Positions 31,730 through 43,483 of a stretch of DNA of 64,000 nucleotides are shown here, in pieces. The first letter of the stretch is position 1. Each line of letters starts with the position of its first letter. Made by a program: the position numbers and the translations under genes. Origin of the DNA: Patescibacteria group bacterium (GTDB lineage Bacteria; Patescibacteriota; Microgenomatia; UBA1406); assembly GCA_041665145.1 (NCBI GenBank), contig JBAYJK010000001.1, forward strand, positions 421,629-485,628, in the 5' to 3' direction. The notes beneath the pieces were generated by a model that had not been told where the DNA came from, ran no database searches, and saw nothing but the letters and a program-made list of their open reading frames with translations.

Positions 31730-34700
31730 ATGATGTCACCAATGAATGACTTCGTTCACCTTCATGTGCACTCCGAATTTTCCCTGCTTGACGGGTTGCC
31801 GAAACTTGACAAACTTGCCGCAAAGGTAAAAGAGCTGGGAATGGATGCTGTTGCCTTAACCGACCACGGGGCGATGTACGGATCATTTAAATTTTTTTTG
31901 AAGGCAAAAGATTATGGAATCAAGCCGATTATCGGTTGTGAGGTGTATATGGCCGAGAAATCCCGTTTTGATAAACAAAAGAAAATGGGTGCGGACCAGT
32001 ATCATTTGGTTTTGTTGGCAGAAAATATGACAGGGTACAAAAACCTTATGAAATTGGTGAGTTACGCAAATCTGGAAGGGTTTCACTACAAGCCGCGCAT
32101 TGATGTTGAGTTGTTGGAGAAATATCACGAAGGAATTATCTGTCTTTCGGGTTGTATGGGGAGTCTGCTTTCCCAAAGCATCATGAACAACGAACCGGAA
32201 AAGGCAGAACACTGGATTAAAACCTTTTCAGGAATTTTTGGGGAAGGCAATTTTTTTATTGAAATTCAACGGCACCCCGGAATAAAAGGACTTCCCGAAC
32301 TGAACGAGGAGCTTATTAAGTATTCGCGAAAATTTGGCTTGCCACTTGTTGCCACAAACGACTCGCACTATTTGGATAAAGACGATGCATATGCGCAAGA
32401 AATTTTGCTCTGCATACAGACTCGTACATCTATAGAAGAAAAAAACCGGCCGCTTTCCATGTATGATGTTCCCGATTTTTATCTGAAATCGGCAGATGAA
32501 ATGAAACAGGCGTTTCTCGATATTCCGGAGGCCATCGAGAATACCGTGAAAATCGCCGCCCGCTGTAATGTGGAAATCCCGTTCGGCAAATGGATTCTTC
32601 CCTACTATGAAGTGCCCGAAGGTGAAACCGTCGAAACATGGTTACGCAAAATGACGGCAGAGAAAATGTCGCTTCGCCTTCCCGCCATCACGGAAGAAAT
32701 AAAGAAACGGATCGATTATGAATTAGATATCATCATTAAGAAAGGTTACGCCGCCTATTTTCTGATCGTTCAGGACTTTGTAAATTGGGCAAAGGGACAC
32801 GGTGTAGCCGTCGGTCCCGGTCGTGGTTCTGCGGCAGGGTCACTGGTAGCTTACATAATAAGTATTACGGAAGTTAACCCTTTGACGCACAATCTCCCGT
32901 TTGAACGTTTTCTGAATCCTGATCGTCCGACGCCGCCGGACATTGACATTGATTTTGCAGATGTGCGTCGAGATGATGTGGTGCGGTATGTTTCTCGCCA
33001 TTACGGAGAAGACAAAGTCGGACAGATCATTACCTTCGGGTCCATGGAGGCGCGTATGGTTGTCCGTGATGTTTCCCGTGCGCTCGGTTGGTCGTATTCT
33101 CAGGGAGACCGCATTGCAAAACTTATTCCGCAACCGAAACAGGGGTTTCCCGTTACGATAGATATTGCTCTCAAGGAATCAAGCGAGCTTGCTCACCTAT
33201 ATGAGACTGACACCGATATTAAGAATATGATCGATGTTTCCAAAAAACTTGAAGGCTTGGTGCGGCATTCTTCCGTCCATGCAGCCGGAGTTGTGGTTGC
33301 CGACAAACCCTTGAGTGATTATGTGCCTATTCAACGTGAAGAGCGGGGAGGTAAGATTATTACTCAATACGATATGTATTGTCTCGATTTAAATGCTGTT
33401 TCTGACGGACGTGCGGTCGGATTACTTAAATTCGACTTTTTGGGATTACGGAATCTTTCAATCCTGGAAAAAGCGCTTCTGTATGTGCAGCAAAATCGCA
33501 ATGAAACCATCGAGTTGAATAAGGTGTCTCTTGAGGATGAGTCAACGTACCATCTGATTGCAAGTGGAGAAACCGTCGGGGTTTTTCAACTTGAGTCCCG
33601 GGGAATGCGGCATTTGGCAAAGGAACTGAAACCGACGAGATTCTCGGATATCTCCGCTATGGTTGCGTTATTCAGACCGGGACCAATGGCGCTTATTCCG
33701 ATATTTGTTGAAGGCAAAAAAAATCCCAAGAAAATCAAGTATCTTCATCCTGATTTGAAGCCGATTTTGTCTGAGACATATGGAATTCTCGTATATCAGG
33801 AACAGGTTACCGAAATTGCCCATAAGCTTGCAAAATTCACCATGAGTGAAGCGGACACTCTCCGTATGGCAATGGGTAAGAAGAAAAAAGAATTGATGCG
33901 AAAGGGTAAACAGAAATTTTTGGAGGGGTGCCAGGAAATGGGTTACCCGCTTAAAATGGCTGAACAGCTCTTTGAGTTTATCGAGAAATTTGCTGCATAC
34001 GGTTTCAACAAAGCGCACTCGGCAAGTTACGCGATGATCGCCTATTGGACGGCTTACGTAAAAGCACACTACCCGGTGGAATTTATGACAGCCTTACTGA
34101 CCGCAGAAATCGAACACGCAACGGGCGCGGATCGGGAACAGAAGGTGAATCAGATTCTTGAGGAATGCCGACGGATGGAAATACCGGTATTGCCGCCTGA
34201 TATCAATAAGTCCGTTGCTGCTTTCTCTATTGAGGATACAAAGTCCATCCGTTTTGGACTCGGGGCGATACGCAACGTTGGAACAGCTGCGGTAGAAGCA
34301 ATTGTACAATCCCGGTCGGAAAAACCATTCGGTTCCATGAGAGATTTTTTGACCCGTGTAGATTTGAGGAAAGTAAATAAGAAAACGGTGGAAAGTATGG
34401 TAAAAGCAGGTGCATTTGACGCATTCGGCAAACGTTCACAGCTTGTGGCCTTTTATACCTCTATAGTTAAGGACATTCAGTCTGTAAAGGCCAAAAGTGA
34501 TGACGGACAGTTTGGTTTGTTTGCTGATACGGGATTCAATGAACAGAAAAACGAGGCGACGGTCGACAATTTGCCGGATATGGCAGAATACAGTGAAGAT
34601 GAGTTGTTGGAGTTTGAACGGGAAACAATCGGATTTAATCTTTCAAAAAATCCTCTTGAAAAATATCAGGGAATTTTCAGGCAAAAAAGAGTCGTGGCCA

Positions 34701-34984
34701 TCGACACATTGACACGCACATCGGGGGACGTTATACTCGGCGGGCTTGTTAAGGCAGTAAAAAAAATAGTAACAAAGAAGAGTAATCAGGAAATGCTGTT
34801 CGTAACAATTACGGATTATACATCAGAAATTGAGTTGGTCGTTTTCCCCAAAACATACACAAAAACAAAAAATGTTTGGCAGCGAAATCAGGTGCTTTTG
34901 GTGAAAACAACCATTCAGGAAAAAGACGAATCGCTTGTAGGAATAGTCAATGACGCAGTTATGTTGCGCATGTATGATCACTGA
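31730..34984 (+). CDS. dnaE: DNA polymerase III alpha subunit
   Basis: 1084 aa with a PHP domain (FVHLHVHSEFSLLDG), palm/fingers (GPGRGSAAGSLVAY, PDIDIDF) and a C-terminal OB fold. Confidence 0.97.
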   Translation: MMSPMNDFVHLHVHSEFSLLDGLPKLDKLAAKVKELGMDAVALTDHGAMYGSFKFFLKAKDYGIKPIIGCEVYMAEKSRFDKQKKMGADQYHLVLLAENMTGYKNLMKLVSYANLEGFHYKPRIDVELLEKYHEGIICLSGCMGSLLSQSIMNNEPEKAEHWIKTFSGIFGEGNFFIEIQRHPGIKGLPELNEELIKYSRKFGLPLVATNDSHYLDKDDAYAQEILLCIQTRTSIEEKNRPLSMYDVPDFYLKSADEMKQAFLDIPEAIENTVKIAARCNVEIPFGKWILPYYEVPEGETVETWLRKMTAEKMSLRLPAITEEIKKRIDYELDIIIKKGYAAYFLIVQDFVNWAKGHGVAVGPGRGSAAGSLVAYIISITEVNPLTHNLPFERFLNPDRPTPPDIDIDFADVRRDDVVRYVSRHYGEDKVGQIITFGSMEARMVVRDVSRALGWSYSQGDRIAKLIPQPKQGFPVTIDIALKESSELAHLYETDTDIKNMIDVSKKLEGLVRHSSVHAAGVVVADKPLSDYVPIQREERGGKIITQYDMYCLDLNAVSDGRAVGLLKFDFLGLRNLSILEKALLYVQQNRNETIELNKVSLEDESTYHLIASGETVGVFQLESRGMRHLAKELKPTRFSDISAMVALFRPGPMALIPIFVEGKKNPKKIKYLHPDLKPILSETYGILVYQEQVTEIAHKLAKFTMSEADTLRMAMGKKKKELMRKGKQKFLEGCQEMGYPLKMAEQLFEFIEKFAAYGFNKAHSASYAMIAYWTAYVKAHYPVEFMTALLTAEIEHATGADREQKVNQILEECRRMEIPVLPPDINKSVAAFSIEDTKSIRFGLGAIRNVGTAAVEAIVQSRSEKPFGSMRDFLTRVDLRKVNKKTVESMVKAGAFDAFGKRSQLVAFYTSIVKDIQSVKAKSDDGQFGLFADTGFNEQKNEATVDNLPDMAEYSEDELLEFERETIGFNLSKNPLEKYQGIFRQKRVVAIDTLTRTSGDVILGGLVKAVKKIVTKKSNQEMLFVTITDYTSEIELVVFPKTYTKTKNVWQRNQVLLVKTTIQEKDESLVGIVNDAVMLRMYDH

Positions 34985-35255
34985 TACTCAACAACAACCC
35001 GATCACTTTTTTCACCCTGTGGAGCGAAAAAAGAAAAATTATGAGATTCCGATTATGGCGTTTAAGTACTCGTCAGTCGGTATATATATGGCGATTCCCC
35101 TTTTTTTGGGGTTGACAAGCGGAATCTTCCTTGATAATCTTTTCCGTGTGAGACCGATGTTTACATTGGTCTTATTGTTTTTTGGAACTGTCGGCAGTTT
35201 TTACAATATTTACCGGATAATTAAAGAGAATGACGGAAATCGTCCCTCAAAATAA
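34950..35255 (+). CDS. AtpZ/AtpI-like small membrane protein of the ATP synthase operon
   Basis: It has two TM helices (VGIYMAIPLFLGLTSGIFLD; MFTLVLLFFGTVGSFYNIY) after a short basic segment. It overlaps the dnaE stop, and the true start may be ATG 34974 or 35055. Confidence 0.6.
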   Translation: MTQLCCACMITDTQQQPDHFFHPVERKKKNYEIPIMAFKYSSVGIYMAIPLFLGLTSGIFLDNLFRVRPMFTLVLLFFGTVGSFYNIYRIIKENDGNRPSK

Positions 35256-36036
35256 CGCTCCAGCTGAGAGTATTGAAACGCACTCTACGGAGGCAGTTGT
35301 TAAAACAGAAACAAAAGAATCCAGTACCCCGCATATCAGCATAAAAGCTGAAGAAGTCTTCCGTATCGGAAATTTTCCCGTCACAAATTCACTTATTGCA
35401 ACTTGGATCGTCATGGTTTTTCTGCTCGTACTCGTTCTGTTTTATAACAAAAAGAGCGGAAAAGTTTATATCCTTCTGAATATGGTCATGAAAGGTGTCT
35501 ACGGATTACTTGCTCCCATATTCGGGGATAAAGCACGGGTCTTTTTTCCTCTCTCAATGACTATCTTTCTGTTTGTATTGATGCTTAACTGGTTCGGATT
35601 GCTGCCAGGCGTTAACACGATCGGGATTGAAGGCGCTCACGGGTTTCTTCCTGTTCTCCGTGGAGGGACAGCTGACTTGAATATGACCTTTGCACTGGCA
35701 CTCTTCGGTATGTTTATGGTGCAGTTTTACGCGGTGAAGTATCTGGGTGTCAAGGGTTATATTAAAAAATTCATAAACTTAACGAATCCGATTTATGCAT
35801 TTGTGGGTATTCTGGATATACTTTCCGAGTTTTCCAAAGTGCTCTCGTTTGCGTTCCGTTTATTTGGTAATATCTTCGCAGGGGAAGTTCTTCTTACCGT
35901 TATAGCGTTTCTCGTACCGGTTCTTGCGTCATTACCGTTTTTGCTTTTCGAATTCTTTGTCGGTTTTATGCAGGCTTTGGTTTTTGCAATGTTGCTGTCA
36001 ATTTTCTTAACAGTTTCGTCGAGTCACGGTCATTAA
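35230..36036 (+). CDS. atpB: F0 ATP synthase subunit a
   Basis: 268 aa polytopic protein with the conserved Arg motif region LSFAFRLFGNIFAGEVL. Confidence 0.9.
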   Translation: MTEIVPQNNAPAESIETHSTEAVVKTETKESSTPHISIKAEEVFRIGNFPVTNSLIATWIVMVFLLVLVLFYNKKSGKVYILLNMVMKGVYGLLAPIFGDKARVFFPLSMTIFLFVLMLNWFGLLPGVNTIGIEGAHGFLPVLRGGTADLNMTFALALFGMFMVQFYAVKYLGVKGYIKKFINLTNPIYAFVGILDILSEFSKVLSFAFRLFGNIFAGEVLLTVIAFLVPVLASLPFLLFEFFVGFMQALVFAMLLSIFLTVSSSHGH

Positions 36037-36059
36037 AACAAACCTTTGAGAGGAGGTGA

Positions 36060-36296
<237 letters not shown>

Positions 36297-36309
36297 TTAT
36301 TAAAGATTT

Positions 36310-36822
36310 ATGGAAAAGTTAGGGATAGAGCCCAAAATTTTGTTAGCACAAGTCATTAATTTTGTCATATTGCTGGTGCTTTTCAAAAAGTTTTTGTTCA
36401 AACCGTTTTTCACTAAACTGGACGAAGAGGAAAAGCGGGCGAAAGATGAGGAAAACAAATTGAAAAGTTATGAGAAGAAGGAAAAGGAACTTCTTGAAAA
36501 ACGGTCGGCGCTTGAGTCGGAATATGAAAAGAAACTCAAGGCAACGTATGCCAAAATGAAGAAAGAGACCGATGAGGCCAAGCATCAGATACTGAAAGAA
36601 GCTCAGAGTGAAGCGGAGGAGTTGCGGAAGCACTCTATGGCTCTCCTCGAAGCTGAAAAACAGAAAAGCGCTACGGAAATGAAACGCGAAGCGTATCAAG
36701 TAGCGGTGAGTTTGGTTGAACGGGTGCTCGGGGAGTCACTTTCGAAAGAGCTCCAGAAGAAAATAACTAGCGAAGTGATGACAAAGTTACCGAAAATACA
36801 GAATGGCAAACTCGCAAATTAA
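36310..36822 (+). CDS. atpF: F0 ATP synthase subunit b
   Basis: 170 aa with an N-terminal TM helix followed by a long charged coiled coil. It is in the expected operon position. Confidence 0.8.
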   Translation: MEKLGIEPKILLAQVINFVILLVLFKKFLFKPFFTKLDEEEKRAKDEENKLKSYEKKEKELLEKRSALESEYEKKLKATYAKMKKETDEAKHQILKEAQSEAEELRKHSMALLEAEKQKSATEMKREAYQVAVSLVERVLGESLSKELQKKITSEVMTKLPKIQNGKLAN

Positions 36823-37099
36823 TCTGACTGCTCTCAGTTCCTTGGACATAGCAGCACTCCAGGAGCTTGTGCGGACAAATATAGAAAAGGTTACGATCGT
36901 TTCTACGTATTCCCTCAGCAGTGAGGAGAAAGACGGTATTGTGTCACACCTCGGTCTTACGAGTGTAAAAGATATGCTGGTCGAAAACATAGTGGATCAA
37001 AGTATTCTTGGCGGCATAGTTATACAGATGAGACGGTATTATCTCGACTATTCACTAAAGGGAACGTTACAAGCAATTTCAGAAAGTTTACATTTATAA
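36803..37099 (+). CDS. atpH: F1 ATP synthase delta subunit, truncated (98 aa, C-terminal half only)
   Basis: VTIVSTYSLSSEEKDGIVSHL...VDQSILGGIVIQMRRYYLDYSLKGTLQAI matches the C-terminal part of OSCP/delta. No ORF for the N-terminal domain was found. Confidence 0.65.
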   Translation: MANSQINLTALSSLDIAALQELVRTNIEKVTIVSTYSLSSEEKDGIVSHLGLTSVKDMLVENIVDQSILGGIVIQMRRYYLDYSLKGTLQAISESLHL

Positions 37100-37105
37100 A
37101 AACAT

Positions 37106-38620
37106 ATGACCCTCGCACACACTATAACAAACGATCTTATTTCTGAGATCAAGAACAAGAAACTTGTTACGAAGGAAATGGCAAGTGGTGAAGTTGTCCA
37201 GCTTTACGACGGAGTTGCGGTTGTGCAGGGACTACCGGATGCGCGAAACGGAGATATTGTTGCGTTTCGTAGCGGTGAAGAAGGTATGGTTATAGATTTG
37301 CGCGAGCGTGATATTTCGATTCTTCTGTTTGACGACTACACAAAGCTTTCGGTGGGAGATAGGGTTACTCTTACGGGAAAAATTCTGAGTATTCCGGTAT
37401 CGAGCAAACTGCTCGGAAGAGTGGTTAATCCGCTTGGCCGTCTTATTGATGGTCGGGGTACCGTAAAGCCTGAGGGTTACGAAGAAGTAGAAAAAATCGC
37501 TCCCGGTATCGTGTACAGAAAGTCAGTTACTGTGCCGCTGCAGACTGGAATCAAAGCTATCGACAGTATGATCCCCATTGGTAGAGGTCAGAGAGAGCTT
37601 ATCATTGGAGATCGTGCGACGGGGAAAACTACGATTGCAATCGACACCATCATAAATCAGAAGAATCAGGATGTTGTTTGTGTATATGTTGCGATAGGTC
37701 AGAAACAATCCAAAATTGCTCAAGTGGTTAATCTTTTGATGGAAAAAGGGGCAATGGAGTACACGGTAGTCGTTGCCTCCGGGTCTTCGGACAGTGCATC
37801 ATTGCAATACATAGCTCCTTATGCCGGCTCAGCAGTGGCGGAGTTTTTTATGAAACAAGGCAAGGATGTGCTCATTGTTTATGATGATCTTACAAAGCAT
37901 GCATGGGCGTACCGTCAGATTTCGCTTATTCTTAAGCGCCCGGCCGGTCGTGAAGCGTACCCCGGTGATGTATTCTATTTGCATTCGAGACTTTTAGAAC
38001 GTGCGTGTCGTATCGATTCAAAATACGGCGGTGGATCAATAACTGCGTTGCCTATCATCGAGACTCAGGAAGGTGATATCTCCGCATACATTCCCACAAA
38101 TGTAATTTCCATTACCGACGGACAGATATTTTTGGAGAAAGAATTGTTTAATGCCGGTATGCGTCCCGCAATTAATGTCGGCGCATCTGTGTCCCGTGTA
38201 GGTTCAAGCGCACAGATCAAAGCCGTTAAGCAGGTGGCTGGAAAACTGAAATTTGAACTTGCTCAGTACCGCGATCTTGCAGCTTTTTCACAGTTTGCAT
38301 CTGATCTTGATGCGGATACTAAAAAGACACTCAATCGCGGCGCCCGTTTATATGAGTTGTTAAAACAGGGGAAGAACAATCCTTTGTCGGTTGAAAAACA
38401 AGTCGTGGTTATGTGGCTCGGAACGGCAGGGTATACGGAAGATCTTGCTCTTTCGGATGTTTCAAGATTCGAAGAAGAAGCGCTGATTCATTTTGAAGCT
38501 CAGAAACCAAAACTGTTAAAAAGGATTGCCGAAGAAAAACTTGTTGCTCCTGAAGTAGAAAAGGAACTACATGCGTTTGCTAAAGACTTTTTACTAATAT
38601 TTTCTAAACAAGAAAAATGA
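37106..38620 (+). CDS. atpA: F1 ATP synthase alpha subunit
   Basis: 504 aa with Walker A (GDRATGKT) and typical alpha motifs. Confidence 0.97.
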   Translation: MTLAHTITNDLISEIKNKKLVTKEMASGEVVQLYDGVAVVQGLPDARNGDIVAFRSGEEGMVIDLRERDISILLFDDYTKLSVGDRVTLTGKILSIPVSSKLLGRVVNPLGRLIDGRGTVKPEGYEEVEKIAPGIVYRKSVTVPLQTGIKAIDSMIPIGRGQRELIIGDRATGKTTIAIDTIINQKNQDVVCVYVAIGQKQSKIAQVVNLLMEKGAMEYTVVVASGSSDSASLQYIAPYAGSAVAEFFMKQGKDVLIVYDDLTKHAWAYRQISLILKRPAGREAYPGDVFYLHSRLLERACRIDSKYGGGSITALPIIETQEGDISAYIPTNVISITDGQIFLEKELFNAGMRPAINVGASVSRVGSSAQIKAVKQVAGKLKFELAQYRDLAAFSQFASDLDADTKKTLNRGARLYELLKQGKNNPLSVEKQVVVMWLGTAGYTEDLALSDVSRFEEEALIHFEAQKPKLLKRIAEEKLVAPEVEKELHAFAKDFLLIFSKQEK

Positions 38621-39504
38621 ATCTCCGTCAGCTAAAAAGTAAAATTAAATCAGTCGGCAACGTCGGCAAGATTACCAAGGCAATGCAATTGGTTTCTGCG
38701 GTTAAAATGAAGAAAGCGCAATTAAGAGCTTCACAAGGTAAACCTTACCGTGATGCGCTTGATGAGACTATCTATCAAATCGGCGGAAAAAATGTTGCAT
38801 TTGAACACCCGTTTATGAAAGAAAACGGAAAGGCAACACGCAAACTGGCGATTGTCATTTCTTCGAACAAAGGATTGTGCGGGGTGTTTAATTTTAATTT
38901 ATTTAAGTTTCTACTCGTTCAGATTCCCGATTTTGCCCGCTATGATTTTGTGGTCATGGGATCAAAAGCCCAGCAGTTTTTATTTCATGTCGGAGGCTCG
39001 ATTATCGCCGATTTTTCAAGTCAGATGCCTTTTGAAGCAAATACAACCGCAGTATTCAGTTTAGTACGGGATAAATTTTTAGGCGGTTCATACTCAAGTA
39101 TTGAACTGTTTTATAATCAGTTTGTCTCGAGTCTCAGTTGCAAACCGACCAAAAAAATGTTGTTGCCGATACACTTCGAAGAAGAAGAATCACGGATCAC
39201 GAATCACGGATCAAAAATGAAAGACGAAACACAAGGAATTAAAAAAGAATATATTGTTGAGCCGGATCAGAAAACAGTACTTGAAGGGTTGTTCAATTTT
39301 TATTTGGAAAGCGATATTCGCGGAGCAATCCATGAAAGCGAAGCCTCCGAGCATTCAGCACGAATGATTGCGATGAAAAACGCGACAGACAATTCTACTG
39401 ACCTTGTATCCAGGCTGACGTTGTTAAGAAACGGATTGCGCCAGGAGAAAATTACGAATGAATTATTGGATATGAATACCGCAAAGTTAGCAGTTGCAGC
39501 ATAA
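38617..39504 (+). CDS. atpG: F1 ATP synthase gamma subunit
   Basis: 295 aa. The N-terminus is MNLRQLKSKIKSVGNVGKITKAMQLVSAVKM and the C-terminus is ITNELLDMNTA. It contains an in-frame heptamer array. Confidence 0.9.
   Translation: MNLRQLKSKIKSVGNVGKITKAMQLVSAVKMKKAQLRASQGKPYRDALDETIYQIGGKNVAFEHPFMKENGKATRKLAIVISSNKGLCGVFNFNLFKFLLVQIPDFARYDFVVMGSKAQQFLFHVGGSIIADFSSQMPFEANTTAVFSLVRDKFLGGSYSSIELFYNQFVSSLSCKPTKKMLLPIHFEEEESRITNHGSKMKDETQGIKKEYIVEPDQKTVLEGLFNFYLESDIRGAIHESEASEHSARMIAMKNATDNSTDLVSRLTLLRNGLRQEKITNELLDMNTAKLAVAA
39187..39214 (+). repeat. 7-bp tandem array (GAATCAC GGATCAC GAATCAC GGATCAA) inside atpG
   Basis: Read directly from the sequence. It is translated in frame as ESRITNHGSK. 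Confidence 0.85.
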
Positions 39505-40884
<1,380 letters not shown>

Positions 40885-40897
40885 TCGAATTAACCGT

Positions 40898-41302
40898 ATG
40901 TTACATGTTAAAATCATTACACCGGAGAAGGCAGTGTTTGAGGATGATGTGGAGAGTTTAACATGCCAAACGGTCGATGGTGACGTAACGATACTGCCTC
41001 AGCACATACCCCTGTTGACATTACTCAAGGACGGTGTTATAACGATCAGAAGAAAAACGGGTGAAGAATATTTTTCAGCGGGCAGCGGGTACATAGAAAC
41101 GAATGGAAAAATCGTCCGGATACTCATATCACATGCGGTAGGGCAAGACGAACTTGACGAGAAGAAAATCAAAGAGGTCGAAGAATCGGCACAGAAACTG
41201 CTTTCCGAGAAACACGAAAAAGCCGATCGCGAAAAGGCTTTTGGGATGCTGAGACGCGCTACGTTCGATTTAAAAATTATTAACAAGAGACGTAAACGAT
41301 GA
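40898..41302 (+). CDS. atpC: F1 ATP synthase epsilon subunit
   Basis: 134 aa with an N-terminal beta sandwich (LHVKIITPEKAVFEDDVESL) and a C-terminal helical hairpin. It is the last gene of the operon. Confidence 0.85.
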   Translation: MLHVKIITPEKAVFEDDVESLTCQTVDGDVTILPQHIPLLTLLKDGVITIRRKTGEEYFSAGSGYIETNGKIVRILISHAVGQDELDEKKIKEVEESAQKLLSEKHEKADREKAFGMLRRATFDLKIINKRRKR

Positions 41303-41757
41303 AAACCGTAAAAAATATCATGCGGCGACATGTCTTGAGCGTAACGCCTGATACCGATATTGTTTCGATCTGGAACTTAATATTCGTTAAAGGAATCCAT
41401 GCTATCCCGGTGATAGATGCTGGCAACAGGCTGGTCGGAATAATTTCTGAGGAAGATCTTTTGCAGAAAATGTTTCCTGATTATTCCGAGTTTCTTGAGC
41501 ACATCGATACGGACAAAGAAGAGCTGCTGACAGAGCAGGTATTGAAAATAAAGAAGGCCCGCGCTAAGGATCTCATGAATAAGGTCGTTTTCAGCACTTC
41601 TCCCGATGCACATCTTCTCAAAACTCTTGCCCGCATGCTTGTTCTGCAGGTACGGCAACTTCCGGTAGTTAATGAAAAAATGGAAGTGATCGGCATAGTT
41701 TCAAAAGGTGACATTTTTAACGAAATATTCGAAGCATATCTGAATACTAAAAAATAA
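41299..41757 (+). CDS. CBS-domain pair protein
   Basis: 152 aa with two CBS motifs (IHAIPVIDAGNRLVGIISEEDLL; RQLPVVNEKMEVIGIVSKGDIF). Confidence 0.8.
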   Translation: MKTVKNIMRRHVLSVTPDTDIVSIWNLIFVKGIHAIPVIDAGNRLVGIISEEDLLQKMFPDYSEFLEHIDTDKEELLTEQVLKIKKARAKDLMNKVVFSTSPDAHLLKTLARMLVLQVRQLPVVNEKMEVIGIVSKGDIFNEIFEAYLNTKK

Positions 41758-43418
41758 TGGCAAATTTCATTTTTGTTACGGGTGGTGTTATTTCAGGGTT
41801 GGGAAAAGGAATTACCACCTCCTCCGTTTCGTTACTTCTCGAACAATCGGGCTACACGGTAACAGCTCTTAAAGCGGATCCATACCTGAATATGGATGCG
41901 GGAACCATGAATCCGATCATACACGGAGAGACGTTTGTCACCGAGGACGGACTTGAAACCGATCAGGACTTGGGACATTACGAGCGTTTTCTCAACAAGA
42001 ATCTTTCGAAACTTAACTATATGACATCAGGAATGGTATTTCAGTCAGTAATAGACAACGAAAGAAAGATGGCATACCAGGGCGAATGTGTGGAAATGAT
42101 CCGCCATGTCCCTGAAGAAATCAGTAGGCGATTGATACTTCTTGCGAATACTTCGAAGGCAGATGTGGTAGTTGCCGAAATCGGAGGAACGGTAGGCGAT
42201 ATCCAAAACATACTATTTTTAGAGGCGGCTCGCCAGTTGCGGTTGATGAGTACCCACACGGTTTTGGTAATCCACGTTGCATACTTGCCATTTCCGAAAA
42301 ATTTGGGTGAACTGAAAACCAAACCGGCACAGCAGTCGGTTTCCCATCTTTTGGCTGCGGGTATTCAGCCGGACTTTATTGTTACGCGATCCGAGCGTGA
42401 AATAGATTCCTTGCGGAAAGAAAAAATAGCCATATTTTGCAATGTGCATAAAGAAGATATATTTACCAATCCCGATTTGCCGAGTGTATATCAGGTTCCG
42501 GCATATCTCAAAAAGCAGGGAATAGTTGAACGGATCATTGAGAAAATGCATCTTCCCCGGAAAACAGCCGACAAGACAAAGGAAAAAAACTGGGATACGT
42601 TTGTCGAGAAAACAAAATCAAAGACGAAGGGACCGTTGATTGGTATAGTCGGAAAATATATCAAAAGCGGCGATTATTCCCTGGAGGATTCCTATATTTG
42701 TGTTTTGGAATCGCTGAAACAGGCATTCTATTACCACGATCTGCTGCCGAGAGTTGAATGGGTAGCAAGCGATGAAATCGAACAAGATGGTACGGAAGTT
42801 CTCAAAAAATATGACGGGCTTATTGTCCCACAGGGATGGGGAAGTAGGGGAACGGAAGGAAAAATAGCAGCAATTCAGTTTGCCCGGGAGAATAATGTGC
42901 CATATTTGGGCCTTTGTTTCGGTATGCAAATGGCAGTTATCGAGTTTGCACGTCATGTGCTTGGGATGAAAGACGCCAATTCAACCGAAGTCACCGAAAG
43001 TACGCCATTCCCGGTAATTCACATAATGCCTGGTCAGGCAGAATATCTCAGAAAAAAACAGTACGGGGGGACAATCAGACTCGGCGCATGGCCGGCTGTT
43101 TTGCAAAAGGGAACGAAGCTGCTGGAAATCTACAAAAAGTATTCCAATGTCAATTACCCCATTAATGATCGTGATTCTGATCCTGTCGTTCAGGAACGTC
43201 ACAGACATCGTTATGAATTCAATGAAGCATATCTCGACAAATTTCGAGAACATGGGCTTACCGCGTCAGCGCTATCACCGGACGGAAAGTTGGTTGAAGC
43301 CATTGAATTGGCAGACCATCCATTCTTTATCGGAGTACAATACCATCCTGAGTTAAAGTCGCGACCCCTTGCACCGCATCCAATATTTTTAGCCTTTCTC
43401 GAAGCTACGATTAAATAG
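41757..43418 (+). CDS. pyrG: CTP synthase
   Basis: 553 aa. It starts FIFVTGGVISGLGKG, has the glutaminase catalytic motif GLCFGMQ, and ends with HPEL. Confidence 0.97.
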   Translation: MANFIFVTGGVISGLGKGITTSSVSLLLEQSGYTVTALKADPYLNMDAGTMNPIIHGETFVTEDGLETDQDLGHYERFLNKNLSKLNYMTSGMVFQSVIDNERKMAYQGECVEMIRHVPEEISRRLILLANTSKADVVVAEIGGTVGDIQNILFLEAARQLRLMSTHTVLVIHVAYLPFPKNLGELKTKPAQQSVSHLLAAGIQPDFIVTRSEREIDSLRKEKIAIFCNVHKEDIFTNPDLPSVYQVPAYLKKQGIVERIIEKMHLPRKTADKTKEKNWDTFVEKTKSKTKGPLIGIVGKYIKSGDYSLEDSYICVLESLKQAFYYHDLLPRVEWVASDEIEQDGTEVLKKYDGLIVPQGWGSRGTEGKIAAIQFARENNVPYLGLCFGMQMAVIEFARHVLGMKDANSTEVTESTPFPVIHIMPGQAEYLRKKQYGGTIRLGAWPAVLQKGTKLLEIYKKYSNVNYPINDRDSDPVVQERHRHRYEFNEAYLDKFREHGLTASALSPDGKLVEAIELADHPFFIGVQYHPELKSRPLAPHPIFLAFLEATIK

Positions 43419-43469
43419 GTCAGTATTTCCTATCAGCTATTTCTGATTGATTTTCTGCAGCTTTCCCGT

Positions 43470-43475
43470 TATAAT
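43470..43475 (+). promoter_or_regulatory. -10 box (TATAAT) 8 nt before ATG 43484 of rplS
   Basis: TATAAT-CCTTGCAT-ATG. No SD sequence is present. Confidence 0.45.
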
Positions 43476-43483
43476 CCTTGCAT

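Noticed and set aside
31706-31735. A leaderless-type promoter for dnaE (CATATT 4 nt before ATG 31730, 7 nt before ATG 31733)
   Set aside because: The hexamer is weak and the spacing only works for the second ATG. No convincing -35 or extended -10 is present, so it was not counted among the leaderless examples.
36343-36699. 118-aa minus-strand ORF inside atpF
   Set aside because: It is an antisense shadow of the Lys/Glu-rich coiled coil of subunit b (AAR/GAR read backwards gives Phe/Leu-rich sequence).
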